Both the position numbers and the translations under genes were made by a program. The notes beneath the pieces are model-generated. The model was not told where the DNA came from. It saw only the letters and a list, made by a program, of their open reading frames with translations, and did no database searches. Positions 1 to 13,668 of a DNA stretch of 64,000 nucleotides are shown piece after piece (within the stretch, counting starts at the first letter, position 1; each line of letters begins with the position of its first letter). The stretch is from Octopus vulgaris (lineage: Eukaryota), in NCBI GenBank assembly GCA_951406725.2, contig OX597815.1, positions 131,564,001-131,628,000 of the forward strand, read 5' to 3'.

Positions 1-194
1 ATAGGGATATTTTATTTGCAGTAGCCCCAGCGAGGTCACAACCTCGAGGCTGAAACATATAATAGGATATGTATATATATATATATTAATTAATAAATTT
101 TTGGGTAGCAAAAAATTCTAGAAAAATTCTCCGCTACCAGCGGTCAAGTGAGAAAGAAAAAATAGTCAATAGACTACGTAATATACATTCAAAA

Positions 195-444
195 ATATAA
201 GGGATGGCCATAATAGGACATCCGACTCACTAGAAAGAGCAGTTAAACTCCAAACCACTAATAGTTGTAATTCTGAAATGGAAAGAGAAATAAAACGTTT
301 ACCCTATCTTTTCTGCATAGTCCAGAAAGGATAGGGTAAACGTTTTTATTTCTCTTTCAATTTCAGAATTACAACTATTAATGGTTTGCAGTTTAACTGC
401 TCTTTCTAGTGAGTCGGATGTCCTATTATGGCCATCCCTTATAT
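195..444. repeat. ~250 bp near-perfect foldback (arms ~195-315 / 323-444, 7-nt loop)
   Basis: ataagggatggccataataggacatccgactcactagaaagagcagttaaac... is reverse-complemented by ...gtttaactgctctttctagtgagtcggatgtcctattatggccatcccttat; only a few mismatches. Confidence 0.92.
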
Positions 445-452
445 GTTTGTAT

Positions 453-512
<60 letters not shown>

Positions 513-586
513 TTGTATATATATGTATGTATATGTATGCATGCATGTATATATATTTGCATATATATATATGTATATGTATGCAT

Positions 587-629
<43 letters not shown>

Positions 630-1018
630 GAAGTATATTTGCCACTAAATGTGGCGGACCCATAGCGAACGATGCTACAGTTGTTTATAGCCCCAGGAAG
701 ACATCTCCTCCATCTGGCTAACGACTCATTGTCTGTGTCCGATTAATATTTATGAAGAGAAATCATCGTTCCCATCTCGCGATTCCGTGCTGCTACTGTT
801 TACGTCTCGCTCAGAGATTTATTATTGCTCGTTTCTCCTGTTTCGAGATCAGCGACAGTTTTTCACTGGAAAAAGGCATATAGTACTTTGTGTTTGGAAT
901 GAGTTCTCATCGCTAGCTGGTGATTGTCACGTCACAGGCTAATGACGGGTTACTATTCAGAAACCCAAGTCCGTGTGTATCACGTAAGGTTATCTCTATC
1001 TCCCAACCGAAACACACA

Positions 1019-1096
<78 letters not shown>

Positions 1097-1554
1097 CCAC
1101 AATACATATGCATAGGATACAAGGGAAAAGCTTCTATGTGGTTGATGAAACTGTTAGAAACAGCAACAAAATGTCGCTGAAATGTAAATATAAACATTCT
1201 ACGGTTTTTAAATTACTTTGTTTCATAGGATAATGTCATCTCCAAATATTGTAGAACAGCAAACTTCGACAGATATTATAGTATTGGAATTCTATGAACA
1301 AGTTCATTATCAGCTGAGCCAGATATTGTATCTGAAGTATACATAAATAATTTAGCAACTGACATCATACAGAGGTTGGATCGAGGAATACTTCCACGGA
1401 ATGCATATGCAACTATCTACAAATTAGAAATGTGGACAGATTTACTTTATGCAAGAGATGCCTTCAGATGCAAACACCGACATACACACATATTTGCGCA
1501 TGTATTTTCACAGAGATACGTACACAAACACACATTCGTACACACACACACATA

Positions 1555-2333
1555 CAGTGTGCAGTGAACAAATTGTCACCTAAATTACACAAAACTGAAA
1601 ATAACACTGACGTCTCAGATATATTTTCCAAAATTGCATAAAAAAGTATCTTGAAATACTAAAGCGTAACTTTATTCAATAACATCGCCATTAGCTTCAA
1701 CCACGGCATCTAGATGACTTTGGAATCTCCTGCTACTCTTCTGGACCGACTCCTTGTTCAAGCTGGCGAATGCTGCCATAATCCTTGCCTTCAGTTCATC
1801 TTTGGTGTTACAAGGATTTTGTTGGTCTCTCGCTCAACTGCGCCCCACACATACCAATCAAGCGCGTTACAGTCTGCGGAGTTAGGTTGCCAGATGTTAG
1901 GTGTAACGTCGCAGAAATTGTCAGACAACCATAACTAGCTTTTCCTACTTGTGTACCATAGTGCAGAATCCTGTTGCCAGACATTGGGCAGCACTACCAC
2001 TTCCAGACACTTGATATATGCATCCGTATTGAATCTGAGGCCGTGTGGGAAGATGAATGGAGTCATAACCACTAGTGATCACTCCAAGCACCTTGATACT
2101 GACTGGATGTACGATTTTTATCCCTGTTGGTACATGTCTTCAGATTGACACCCAAGCAGTACAGCATATCGTTTCCAAATTTCTGACAGACTGAACTGCA
2201 TCATGGTCCTGTTCTACTAACAGACGGTGCCCAACTGATCCTACTCTACTGTGTAGTCGACGAAATAAAAAAACAATATACAAACGCAAAATTAAAAACC
2301 AGAAAATGGTGACAAGTTACCCATAGCACCCTG
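1555..2333 (-). mobile_element. Internally deleted Tc1/mariner-superfamily element (maT/DD37D-like) with degenerate transposase C-terminus
   Basis: Imperfect TIRs cagtgtgcagtgaacaaattgtcacc / ggtgacaagttacccatagcaccctg, both flanked by TA; minus strand translates NIWQPNSADCNALDWYVWGAVERETNK (WPPxSPDxNPxD motif). Confidence 0.75.
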
Positions 2334-2352
2334 TATACACACACACAGACAC

Positions 2353-2384
<32 letters not shown>

Positions 2385-3045
2385 CTGTATATATATATAC
2401 AGTTCAAATTTACATAAAATAAAAGACAAGGACAGATGTAGGAACAACAAGCAGGTATACTAATATGACGGTCGAAAAATGGAAAAGTGCTTCAGGTTTC
2501 GAATTTACGATATTCGACAGAAAGGAATAAGAGAGAAAATAGAGAAGGAATGAAAAACACGGTAAGAGAAAAAACATTGTAGAGTTCAGAGGTTCAACAC
2601 ACACACATACACACAGACACAGACACACACACACACACGAACACACACACACGTATATATATCTAAAATTATAATTTAGGGTATCTAAGAGATACCTCAC
2701 GCTGGAAATAGCAGCAAAATCTTGACTCTGAAACCACATTAAATTTTCATACAGCACCAGGAGAGAAGACATAAGGACAAGATGAACTAGCAAAAAATTA
2801 CAGGATAATTCCAGATCCCGGATTTCTGGTTTTGCATAAGAAATGCTTTGCCTCATGAGTGGAATATACACAGATAGTAACATGAATACACATATATATA
2901 CATATAACATATCAATACTTACATATACGAACGTATGCATACATATATATACACGTATGCACACGACCAGTTTGAACTGAACGCCTATAACTCCTCGTGC
3001 AATATGGTCAAAATATATATAATTTATATATATATATATATATGA

Positions 3046-3545
3046 ATTAAGCAGAAAATTCTTGATCAACATATTAACTACCATCGATTATTATTTTTTA
3101 ATACAAAATTTTATTATGTCTAACAGCCGTTTCTGCTTCCAATATCCGTTAACGCCTCTAAAGACAATTCTGAGAATAATATTCGCCATATTCTATAGCA
3201 CATCCGATCTGGAACATGGAGCTTCATGAGAGCGAAGAAAAAGACAAAATATAAATGCTATGATACAAATATACTAAGCCTTCTTTCCTCATTTCGAGGC
3301 CCTTTGCTTTTCTCTTCTCTTCTTTTATTTTCTCTATTCTTCTTCACACGAGGAAGCTCGATGTTCTAGATCAGATGTGCTATAGAATATGACGAATATT
3401 ATTTCCAGAATTTTCTATGGCAGCACTCAGGGACATTGGAAGCAGAAACGGCTGTTAGAAATGATAAAGTTGTGTATTAAGAAATACTAATCGATGGTAG
3501 TCAATTTGTTTGTTGATCTAGAATTTTCTTCATTTTCTGCTTAAT
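3046..3545. repeat. ~500 bp diverged foldback made of two inverted copies of a PLE pLTR-like unit
   Basis: 3046-~3260 is the reverse complement of ~3320-3545 (e.g. taacagccgtttctgcttccaat / attggaagcagaaacggctgtta); abuts (TA)n. Confidence 0.85.
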
Positions 3546-3769
3546 CTAAATATCATTCCTTGTAAACTTTCGTTTAATTTGTTATTGCCCGTATCCGATG
3601 ACCATAATATGCATGCGCAGGGTTAACATACGAAATTTATACCGGTAGTAAAAACGGATATTCTAATCCCTTAGACGGTTATTCCAACCAATAACTCGCC
3701 TAACCTATTACTAACCTATATATATATATATATATATATAATACACACACACATATATATATATATATT

Positions 3770-3826
<57 letters not shown>

Positions 3827-4899
3827 GCGTATACATGCTTGCATATATTTACGCAGACATGCGAAGAGCGAAGATAGACAAACACATATGGTTAGGGAAC
3901 AATGCGCATAAATGATTTTCGGACTTGTTCATACCCAACATTTTTCAGATTTCTCTTTTCTCGAATTGTGATGATGCATCAATTCTCCAACAAGATGTTT
4001 TTCTTTTCAACAATAACAATATCAGGTCTTATCTCAGTACATCCCCGCATCATATTAGATGTTCAATTCTAAAAGTATCTTTATTATATTTGATACTTTT
4101 ATTGGGTCAGGTGCCAACTCATGCAAAATTTTATTCTGTTCAGCTTATGTTTCGCACAACGTCTATTGCACTGTCCAGGTACTGCTATCCTGTCACTTTT
4201 GAATTTCTTTCCTGCAAATGTACTGCACTTACAGTATAGCGGACTCTTTCTTCTTTCATTTCACAATGCCAACAAAACGGTGACTATTGTATTATCTGTC
4301 ATATTTCACTTAATTACTTCTTAGGGGTTGCTCTTGTCCTACATCTATTAAAGCTTTAGTCTTCCAATTCATTCCAATAATATTTAATAATGTATTCCAT
4401 TTACCCTGTCTGGAATAAATAGGCCATTCATTAATGCGTCCCGCCATTTATTTTTGTCACTTCTATCATTCTTTTTAGTTCAGCTTTCAATTTGTAGGAT
4501 ATTACGCTTTATTTCCACCAGACAGCATACACCATTCTTTAAATATCAGACAAGATAAGTTTTTACTTTTTATACAATTTTTGTAGCTTGTTGATTATTT
4601 TCACACTCCGGTGCTGGGAACATGTATTTTACTGGTATCACTTTTTTTAGATGAAGTGGCCATTACTTTTCATATTTTAGCATCTAGTTTTCTAATCCCT
4701 TCTTTGCTTTATCTGATAATCTCAGATATGTACTTCATCATCCATACAACTTACGTGATTATTACTATAATCCATTTTATCAATTTGATTTGTATCTTAA
4801 TTCCAACTTTCCAAAATATTCGTTTCCTCATATGTTATCTTCACTTCAGTTTCTTTCCTCTTAACTGTTTCCAGTGTGGTTATAAATTCATATCTTCTA

Positions 4900-5330
4900 T
4901 TCTCCACGTCTCCCATCACTTCTCCAACCGATTTCAAAAATTTTTTTCCTATAAAACATAAACCCTATTAAATCATAATCTAGAAATCCATTCATATATT
5001 TGTTGAGCATTTCAGCAGATTTTCCGAGGGCAAATATGTCATCGTTGTATTGTCCATGTGAATGAAAAATATCTATGGACAATAGATGATGTTTTTTGGT
5101 CTGCATTTTCCTCTAAATCATGCACAGTACTCGTTTTCTCGTTTTTCGTATAATCAGTAGTTAAAGTTACCTTGTAGACAATGAACAAAAATGACGATAA
5201 ACTGTCTCTGTGTTAGCATCTTCTCTTTATTTCAATTCATCCTGTAACTCTCCAGATGATATAATTCCACACATCTAGTTTTTCATGCTACATCTAATGT
5301 AACCAGTGTCATTGCTTGCCACTCCAAATG
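4900..5330 (-). pseudogene. Highly decayed non-LTR retrotransposon RT fragment
   Basis: Minus-strand DSLSSFLF (GDSLSPLLF-like) followed by HHLLSID (HLLxMDD-like); many stops. Confidence 0.35.
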
Positions 5331-5815
5331 GCTCCATACATTATCTTAATCACGAAATCAAACAACTGTTGTGAACTAATCAGGCCGCTAGCCAAAATGC
5401 TATGTCTTTCCATTACAATCTTTCAATGTCATCTTGTCTATTCGATGGTGATCATCAGTCCCTCTGGTTTTCATGCGACAACACATTTGTTCCTGTGCCA
5501 TTAACTTTTCTACTTCGGAAAATGAATTGGTATATAAACGCTCGCGCGCGCGCACATACTCATACACACACACATACACACACACACACACACACACGGA
5601 CTCAGACACACACATACGCACACATTTACATACACGTATATAATTATATGCATGCATGTATGTATCAATGCTCACGAATAAATACAATCGCTTATATTCA
5701 CTATATTTCAAATTGTTTTAAAAAGTTACTGACATTCGTCTGCGTGTAATGGCAATACTGACTCACAGATGTGTTGCGTCAAAGCAGTGCAGAAGTCGGT
5801 TGAATTGATGCTTAA

Positions 5816-5925
5816 CCCTTTGAGCCCGTATTTTTCTCTGTACCGTAGGACCCTTCTAAACCGTAGCACCAGTGGAGTCCCAGATATATAGTAAAATGAG
5901 GTTCGTGAGGTCAGGGCTCAAAGGG
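5816..5925. mobile_element. 110-bp piggyBac-type MITE
   Basis: TTAA-CCCTTTGAGCCC ... GGGCTCAAAGGG-TTAA: perfect 12-bp TIR starting CCC with TTAA target duplication. Confidence 0.85.
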
Positions 5926-6580
5926 TTAATAGATATGAACTAAAAATATTACTGAACCTAAAATAAATTTTGACTCGTATCTAATTTTCTTGAATAGGTG
6001 CGTTTCTTTTTCTTTTTACAAAATAATGTACTCATTTATACATAATTACACTAAATGAATTAGGTTTCTAATCAGTAACATTTCCACTGTGTATTGCAAA
6101 GCTTTAAGTACATACAATATTCATAAGTTTTCGGTAGTAGCTATAAAGTACAGGTTCAGTTGTTTTCGTCTCTAGAAATACAAGCATACAATTGACTAAA
6201 TGAAAGGAATTGTTTCAAAGAAGCATACAAATCTACCCTAGCCTATGACCCCCTTACCAAATACAGTCCCAACGTTCACTTTAATCTTCCTAGGTGCATA
6301 AAAGTGATCCAGTAATTGGAACATAAATACATTCACTTACATATACATATATACATGCATATACAAAAATCTATCTATCTATCTGTCTATCTTTGTGCCC
6401 GTCTGTCTGTCTGCCTGTATGCCCGTCTGTTTCTCTGTCCATCCATCTGTCCTTCCGTCCACCCGTCCGTCCGTCTACCCGTCCGTCCATCCATCTGTCT
6501 ATCCATCCGTCCCTTCATCTGTCCGTCCATCCGTCTGTCTGTCAATGTAATATATATAATATACATACACACACACACGC

Positions 6581-6634
<54 letters not shown>

Positions 6635-7181
6635 AAACATACACACACACAAACACACAAACACACACACATATATGATGTATGTGTGTGACTGAAAATT
6701 TTCTAGTACAATATGATTCTAGAGATTTGGGGATATGAAGATTATAGCACTTATAGAAAAACAATAACAGGGATCTTTAGATTGGATTGGGAAGTCTGAA
6801 GATTTGTCGATTCTGATACGGATGATGTAATTTAACTTTTCAATGACTGAGAACCTGAAGTATGTATTGATTAGAGTAAGACTTAGTGTTTGTTCTTTAG
6901 CACAATTAAACGCCGATCGAGAAGAAAAGAAAACATTGGTGAAATGCATTTTAGCTGTGAAAATCTCGTATTATTTTAGAGCAGAAATTTATACATTGTG
7001 TTATGAAACCTTCATTGTTTACGTTGATCAAAAATACGTAGAGTTGATATGGAACAAAGACACTTAAAATCAAGCATGCTATATAGAAAGTATGGAACAG
7101 CTACTGTCTAATTAGAGAATTTCTAAGCGATGTTCCTGTATTTCAGAAAATAAACCCTATGCAGGTATAAATTGCACTTAT

Positions 7182-7570
7182 GCACAGGAGTGGCTATATG
7201 GTAAGAAGCTTGCTTCCCAACCTCATGGTTACGAGTTCAGTGCCACTGCGTGGCGCCTTGGGCAAGTGTCTTCTATTATAGCCTTGTGAGTGATTTGGTA
7301 GACGGAAACTGAAAGAAGCCCGTCGTATATATATATATATGCATGTATGTATATGTTTGTGCGTCTGTGTTTGTCCCCTCCACTATCACTTGAGAACCGG
7401 TGTTGGTGCTTCTGCGTCCCCGTAACTTAGCGGTTCGGCAAAAGCGACCGATAGAACAGGTACTAGGCTCACATAGAATAAGTCCTGGGGATCGATTTAT
7501 TCGACTAAAAGCGGTGCTCCAGCATGATCGCCTTCAAATGACTGCAACAAGTAAAAGAATAAAAGAAAAA
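7182..7570 (+). mobile_element. tRNA-derived SINE, family A
   Basis: tRNA-like head with A-box-like tggctatatggtaag and B-box-like gagttcagtgcc, central (TA)/(TG) tract, A-rich tail; colinear with 36614-37017 and 60028-60503. Confidence 0.85.
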
Positions 7571-7863
7571 GAAGAAAATAAATTGTACATGTGGCACATC
7601 ATAAGAATTACACTGTTGCAGATCACAGTGACGTCATAAGAAATACCGAAAACGACTCACGTGAAATATCTAAGCAAAAAGAAGCAGACCGTTGGAATGA
7701 AATAGTTCGCTCTTCTGAGCAAACCTGAATATAAATAAAACTTAGATGCAAAGATATATGAAACAGCTTAGATACTGCATCTTGAACTTCAAAATATGCA
7801 ATGTTCTAGTTACGATGAAAGTAAACAAACAAAGTATGCTTTAGAAGCGTTGAGATGTATTGA

Positions 7864-8256
7864 AAGATACTGAAATAATTAATTCAAAAACGCATGATAA
7901 TGCTAATACAATAGCGCTAACAAGATAAACTATCCATATATTGCAGAAAAATAAAGAATCATTACCGGCCAGCTATGAGACTCGAACTTACATTCCTGTG
8001 ATTACACTATTATCTTTACGTTAAACTGCCCAATAACGAATTGTTCTGAAATTTTAGGATTTATAAATCAGGCTTTAATTCGTTAATGGGCAGTTTACCT
8101 TAGAGGTAAAGTACTTGACGCCTAATCACAAAGATGTGAGTTCAAGTCTCATGGCTGGCCGGTAACGATCTTTCTGCAATATATGGCTAGCTTATCCTGT
8201 TCAGGCTATTGTATTAGCATTATCATGCGTTTGAGAATAAATTATTTCTGTATCTT
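7864..8256. repeat. ~390 bp foldback whose arms contain a tRNA-like segment
   Basis: 7864-8042 inverted against 8077-8256 (cgcatgataatgctaatacaatagc / gctattgtattagcattatcatgcg); right arm has tagaggtaaag...gagttcaagtctc. Confidence 0.85.
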
Positions 8257-8791
8257 GCAAAAATCTGGTATTTATTAGCTTAACGCGTGCTTATGAAGAA
8301 AGCCTATAAGATCGTTGGATTGAGAAAATCTCTTGGGAGCCGAAATATAAGCTTTGCGTTATTTGTTTTAAGTCTCTAAGTTTTATCTTCACATTCTGCC
8401 GAGGTTAAGTATCTCTTACATTTCTTCAGGACGATTAAAATAATTGATTAAGATCAATATATAAAAACAGCAAAGAAATATACAGACAAATAGACATTTG
8501 CACGAAACCCTTCAACTGCAGTTTATATGTGGCAAAATAAACAGCGGTATTCTATATGTCTTTGACGCGAGATCCAGCTGTTATAACACGACCGGATGCC
8601 TGTAACTGAAGAGCAAAATCAGAGGGAAATCACATGGTCTGGAAGTTCCCGTGGCCGTAGTAGATGGTTTCTTGTCAGCGATATGAGAGTACTGTCATGC
8701 ACCACGTGTCCATATGAAATACTCACTCAAAGTAAGTAACACAGTTTTGTATTCTAAGACGACATTGAAGGTAAGATGGTGACAAAGAAGG

Positions 8792-9029
<238 letters not shown>

Positions 9030-9288
9030 TATTTGATATACGTATACTTGTTAGAATCCAGCTAGGGAGCTAACATGACAAGGGAAATATATTTTATTGA
9101 CAGAAATATAGCTTTGTAGATATGTTTTACAGGATTGGTTCAGAGCCAGTTATATTGCAACCGAATTTGTATCGCATTAAACCATATATCTTACACCAAA
9201 CTGAAACTGCAGTTGCTTTCTTACTATTCAATTGCGATATCTACGTTTCCTTTAAAAACTCAGTTATCATTATTTCTAAGTTAAAAAC

Positions 9289-9686
9289 GCGGCGAGCTGG
9301 CAGAAACGTGAGCACGCCGGGCGAAATGCATAGCCATATTTCGTCCGAGGCTGCGTTCTGAGTTCAAATTCCGCCGAGGTCGACTTTACATTTCATCCTT
9401 TCGGGGGCGATAAATTAAGTACCAGTGACGCCCTGGGGTCGGTGTAATCGACTTAATCCGTTTGTCTGTACTTGTTTGTCTTCTCTGTGTTTAGCCCCTT
9501 GTGAATAGTAAAGAAATAGGTATTTCGTCTGTGTTTAGATTCTGAGTTCAAATTCCGTCGAGGTCGACTTTGCTTTTCATCAGGTCAGGGTCGATAAATT
9601 AAGTACCAGGTGCGTACTGGGGTTGATCTAATTGACTGGTCTCCTCCACCAAAATTTCGGGACTTGCGATCAAAGTAGAAAAGATT
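9289..9686 (+). mobile_element. tRNA-derived SINE, family B, dimeric form
   Basis: gcggcgagctggcagaaacg head, gagttcaaattcc B-box, body repeated after a linker (gtatttcgtctg...ctgagttcaaattcc...aagtacc). Confidence 0.85.
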
Positions 9687-9849
9687 ATTTCTGAGTTAAA
9701 CTATCATCCTGCAAAAACTTCTTTCTCAATGCATAACTTCGGAATTTTAGTTCAAATATTCTGTTTTATTTCTCATTTCATCCACTTATAAGATCAACAG
9801 CAGAATATTGTACTACTACTTGTGAATTATTATTAAAATTTCATTTGTA

Positions 9850-9907
<58 letters not shown>

Positions 9908-9966
9908 TTGTCTCTCTGTCTACCTGTCTTTCTGTATATCTGTATATCTATCTGTATGTCTGTCTG

Positions 9967-10014
<48 letters not shown>

Positions 10015-10070
10015 AACATCTGTCTGTCTCTCTGTCTCTGTGTCTATTTATCCAACTGTCTGTCAATCTA

Positions 10071-10101
<31 letters not shown>

Positions 10102-10112
10102 ATCCATCTAAG

Positions 10113-12150
10113 GTTGGATAGACCTAAGCCAGAAGGTTGGCGCTTGTCATAGAGAAACTGGTCGACAAAGCGCAAACGTGCGCCGTGCCGGTCCGCAGCA
10201 TCCATGACAACCATCACCTGATGCGCTACATCATTGACAGGGTAGTTAAGGAAGCTGGCATGGGTGAGGACCGTGATCAATTTGGATCAATCCAAAGCTT
10301 TCGATAGGGTAGACCATCGATACTTGGAGGCTGTCCACATAGCGGCTGGTTTCGGTCCCGTCTTCCGCGGCTTGATAGCTGCTTTGTACAGAGGTATCCG
10401 TTCGGTAATTCGCGTAAATTCACATCTATCGAGACCTTTCGACATTGCACGTTCGGTCCCCGACAGGGATGCCCCCTCTCGTCGCTTCTATACGTATTGA
10501 CTCTCGAGCCACTACTGCAGAAGCTGGCGACGCTGAAGGGCATCCCGCGAGAATTGTGATGCTGGACGAACGTGCCTGCATACGCGGACGAAGTCACTGT
10601 CATAGTGTCTAGCTAGAAGCAATCGAGCTGGTAGACGAGACACTAAAAGACGACGAAGCGGTAACAGGGGCGAAAATCAACCAGGAAAATCAGTGGACTT
10701 GCGGCTTGGCACCTGGAGAAGCAAGCCCATGCCGTCCACCAGCGCCTCTGTCGTGGAACACTGGACCGACGGTCCGGTCGAGTTGCTCGGAGTGTGGTTT
10801 AGTCAGGACCTCCAAACGGAGACCTCCAACGAGATAACGTGTAGGGTGGTCACTCGCACTCGGAAATGGGTCGAGAGGAAGCTGAGCCTAAAAGTTCGGG
10901 TGGAGGTGGAGAACACGTACATCTTGTCAGTCATCTACTACCGCCTGACCATTGTGCCTTGTCCCGACCCTACCATCACCAAGCTAGAACGCATTCTCTT
11001 CCGCTCCTTGTGGAAAGGATGCGTTCTGGTGGTCAGGCGATCCGTTTGCTGCCAACATCCGTTAAAAGGAGGGCTGGGCATGCGCTGAAACTGTGACATC
11101 CGCTCTACATAGATGACGGTGAACAGATGTGGTTACCGTTTGTGAGGCGCGCTTTTCCGCAGCTCGTCTCCATGACTGAACTGCAGTCGTGGATCAAAAG
11201 AGGCCGAGGAAGGGCGAATGGCACCGAGAGTGTCGCGTTGCTCTCGAGCAACTATGCCGTACCGAGTCGACCTTGAGCGACTTCAACACAACTAAAGCAT
11301 TCTATAGTGGAGGGAAGTACGACGACGATCTCGTGGCGAACCTGGGCGTCGACGAGGAATACCTGACCTGCTTGTACATGACGACTTTCGGGCTGGGACC
11401 TATGGACAACTTCCACAGATCCCTGGCCTGGCAGTGCTATCGAGAAGCGCTATCCGTTCGGGATAGGTTCTACAGGCATGGCTCGAGAAACAGGGTCCGA
11501 CCTGCCAGAAGTGCGGTCAGAGCGACGAAACCGTTCTGCACGCACTTGTGCAGTGTCCAACCATTTCCGACCTGTGGGCTTATGTCGAACGACTGCTGTC
11601 ACGTGTGGGACGAGTCGGTTTATCAGCCGAGTCTATCGTCAATATCGTCACGCCTCCTTCCTTCAAACGGGAAGGAAGAGCTATTTTTATAATACTTGTG
11701 GCTATGGCGAAAGAATGTGTATAGTGGACGCGTCTAAAAGTTCTAGAGACAAGCACTTTCCACTCTGGTGAATCTCTCATCAACTTCTTCAAGTATCACT
11801 TGAAGAGGAAGGTGAGAGTAAAGATGGAAGTTTTGTCGAGTGAATGTTGCAAAAAAAAGATGGGTGAATGTAGCAAAGATGGCACATGTGAATGATAGAG
11901 CCAGCTTGAGCATAATCCTATGAACCAAAAAAAGAAAGGAAAAAAGTGAGTCACTTACTGTAATGTGTTTTTTGCATGACATTATTGCCCAAGGTTACCG
12001 TGGTCTTTCTGTAGGCTTTTCTCTCCACGGATAAACCTAATCTGTTTCCCCTTTTTACGTTATGACATTTCTGTGATACACGATCCCTATTGATCGGCCT
12101 TTTTTTTAATGATCCTTTTTGATCGAATTTCTTTTTTCTTGTTACCATCG
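10113..12150 (+). mobile_element. 5'-truncated, frameshifted L1/Tx1-clade LINE ORF2 (RT + C-terminal zinc knuckle) and 3' UTR
   Basis: LDQSKAFDRVDH, RQGCPLS, YADEVTV, GAKIN, LLGVWF, KLSLKVRV, KGGLG and C.KC...ETVLHALVQC across shifted frames. Confidence 0.9.
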
Positions 12151-12924
12151 GTTTAAATGCATACACATACACATACACATACACACCCGCACACACAGAC
12201 ATATATACATATACGTACTTACATACGTACACGTATGTTCCTTCTATAATGTCACTTATTCTTCTATATATATATATGTATATGTATGTATGCATGTATG
12301 TGTGTATGTATGAATATATAAATCGACATTTGTGCAAATGTATATTGTTATTGTTCCCAGAAACGCACATTTATTAAGCATATTAAATAATGATATTAAG
12401 TGTTCAATCTAGCAATTCAAACATAATGCAGTGAGTAGAATATATCTGTTGAACGATTAGAAATGCAGTACAATATTAAAACACGGGTTAACTATCGATA
12501 TTAACATGAAAATGCAGAAATAAGATGCATTAAGTCATCAGCCTTTATTGTTACAGATGTTGAAGCCAAAATATCTATTGTGTGAAAAATTATGATGACT
12601 ATTCATAATCGATTCTTTCTCTTCGTCAAAGTGTTCATTAATAATGGACATTCTTATTGAAAGTGCACAGGTTATAGCATAGAGATGTAAATTTATAACC
12701 ACAAGTCAATGCATAGATCAGAGCTGATCTGTGAAATGCATTAAAGGTTATTTAAGATTTCAGATGTTGGAAAGTCTTTATAAAAGATTATACGATACAT
12801 ATTGTAAACATTGAAGATATCAAGAGTATTTGTCGTAACGGATACTGATGCCTAAAATTACAAATCGTTTCATCTTTGTAGTCTTCTGGTGACTAAATAA
12901 GTTGCATAACTGCAAGGTAACCAA

Positions 12925-13318
12925 GGCAGAGAGCTGGCAGAAACGTTAGCACGCCGGGCGAAATGCTTAGCGGTATTTCGTCTGCCGTTACGTATTTCGT
13001 CTGCCGTTACGTTCGACTTTGCCTTTCATCCTTTCGGGGTCAATAAATTAAGTACCAGTTACGCACTCGGGTCGATGTAATCGACTTAATCCGTTTGTCT
13101 GTTCTTGCTTGTCTCCTCTGTATTTAGCCCCTTGTGACTAGTAAAGAAATAGGTATTTCGTCTGTGTTTAGATTCTGAGTTCAAATTCCGTCGAGGTCGA
13201 CTTTGCTTTTCATCAGGTCAGGGTCGATAAATTAAGTACCAGTTGCGTATCAGTGTTGATCTAATCGACTGCCCCTCCCCCAAAATTTCGGGCCTTGTGA
13301 CTAGAGTAGAAAAGAATA
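12925..13318 (+). mobile_element. SINE family B, dimeric
   Basis: Colinear with 9289-9686; has an internal 19-bp tandem duplication gtatttcgtctgccgttac. Confidence 0.85.
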
Positions 13319-13332
13319 TTTAATTTTTCCAA

Positions 13333-13668
13333 GGCGGCGAGCTGATAGAAACGTTAGTACACTGGGCGAAATTCTTAGCGGTATTTCGTCTGCCGCTATG
13401 ATACCAGTTACGCACTGGGGCCGATATAATCGACTTAATCCGTTTGTCTGTCCTTGTTTATCCTCTCTGTGTTTAGCCCCTTGAAGGTAGTAAAGAAATA
13501 GGTATTTCGTCTGTCTCTACGTTCTGAGATGAAATTCCGCCGTGGTCGACTTTGAATTTTATTCTCTCGGGGTCGATAAATTAACTATCAGTTGCGTACT
13601 GGTGTCGATCTAATCGACTGGCACCCTCCACCAAAATGTTGGGCATTGTGCCTAAAGTGGAAAAGAAT
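13333..13668 (+). mobile_element. SINE family B, dimeric, internally deleted; in tandem with the previous copy
   Basis: ggcggcgagctgatagaaacg head, same linker and second unit. Confidence 0.8.

Noticed and set aside
299-665. ORFs rich in YI, HT, CV or YLSI repeats here and throughout the ORF track
   Set aside because: They are translations of (TA)n, (CA)n, (TATG)n and (GATA)n microsatellites
7182-7262. tRNA genes at SINE heads
   Set aside because: No complete cloverleaf, and they continue into SINE bodies
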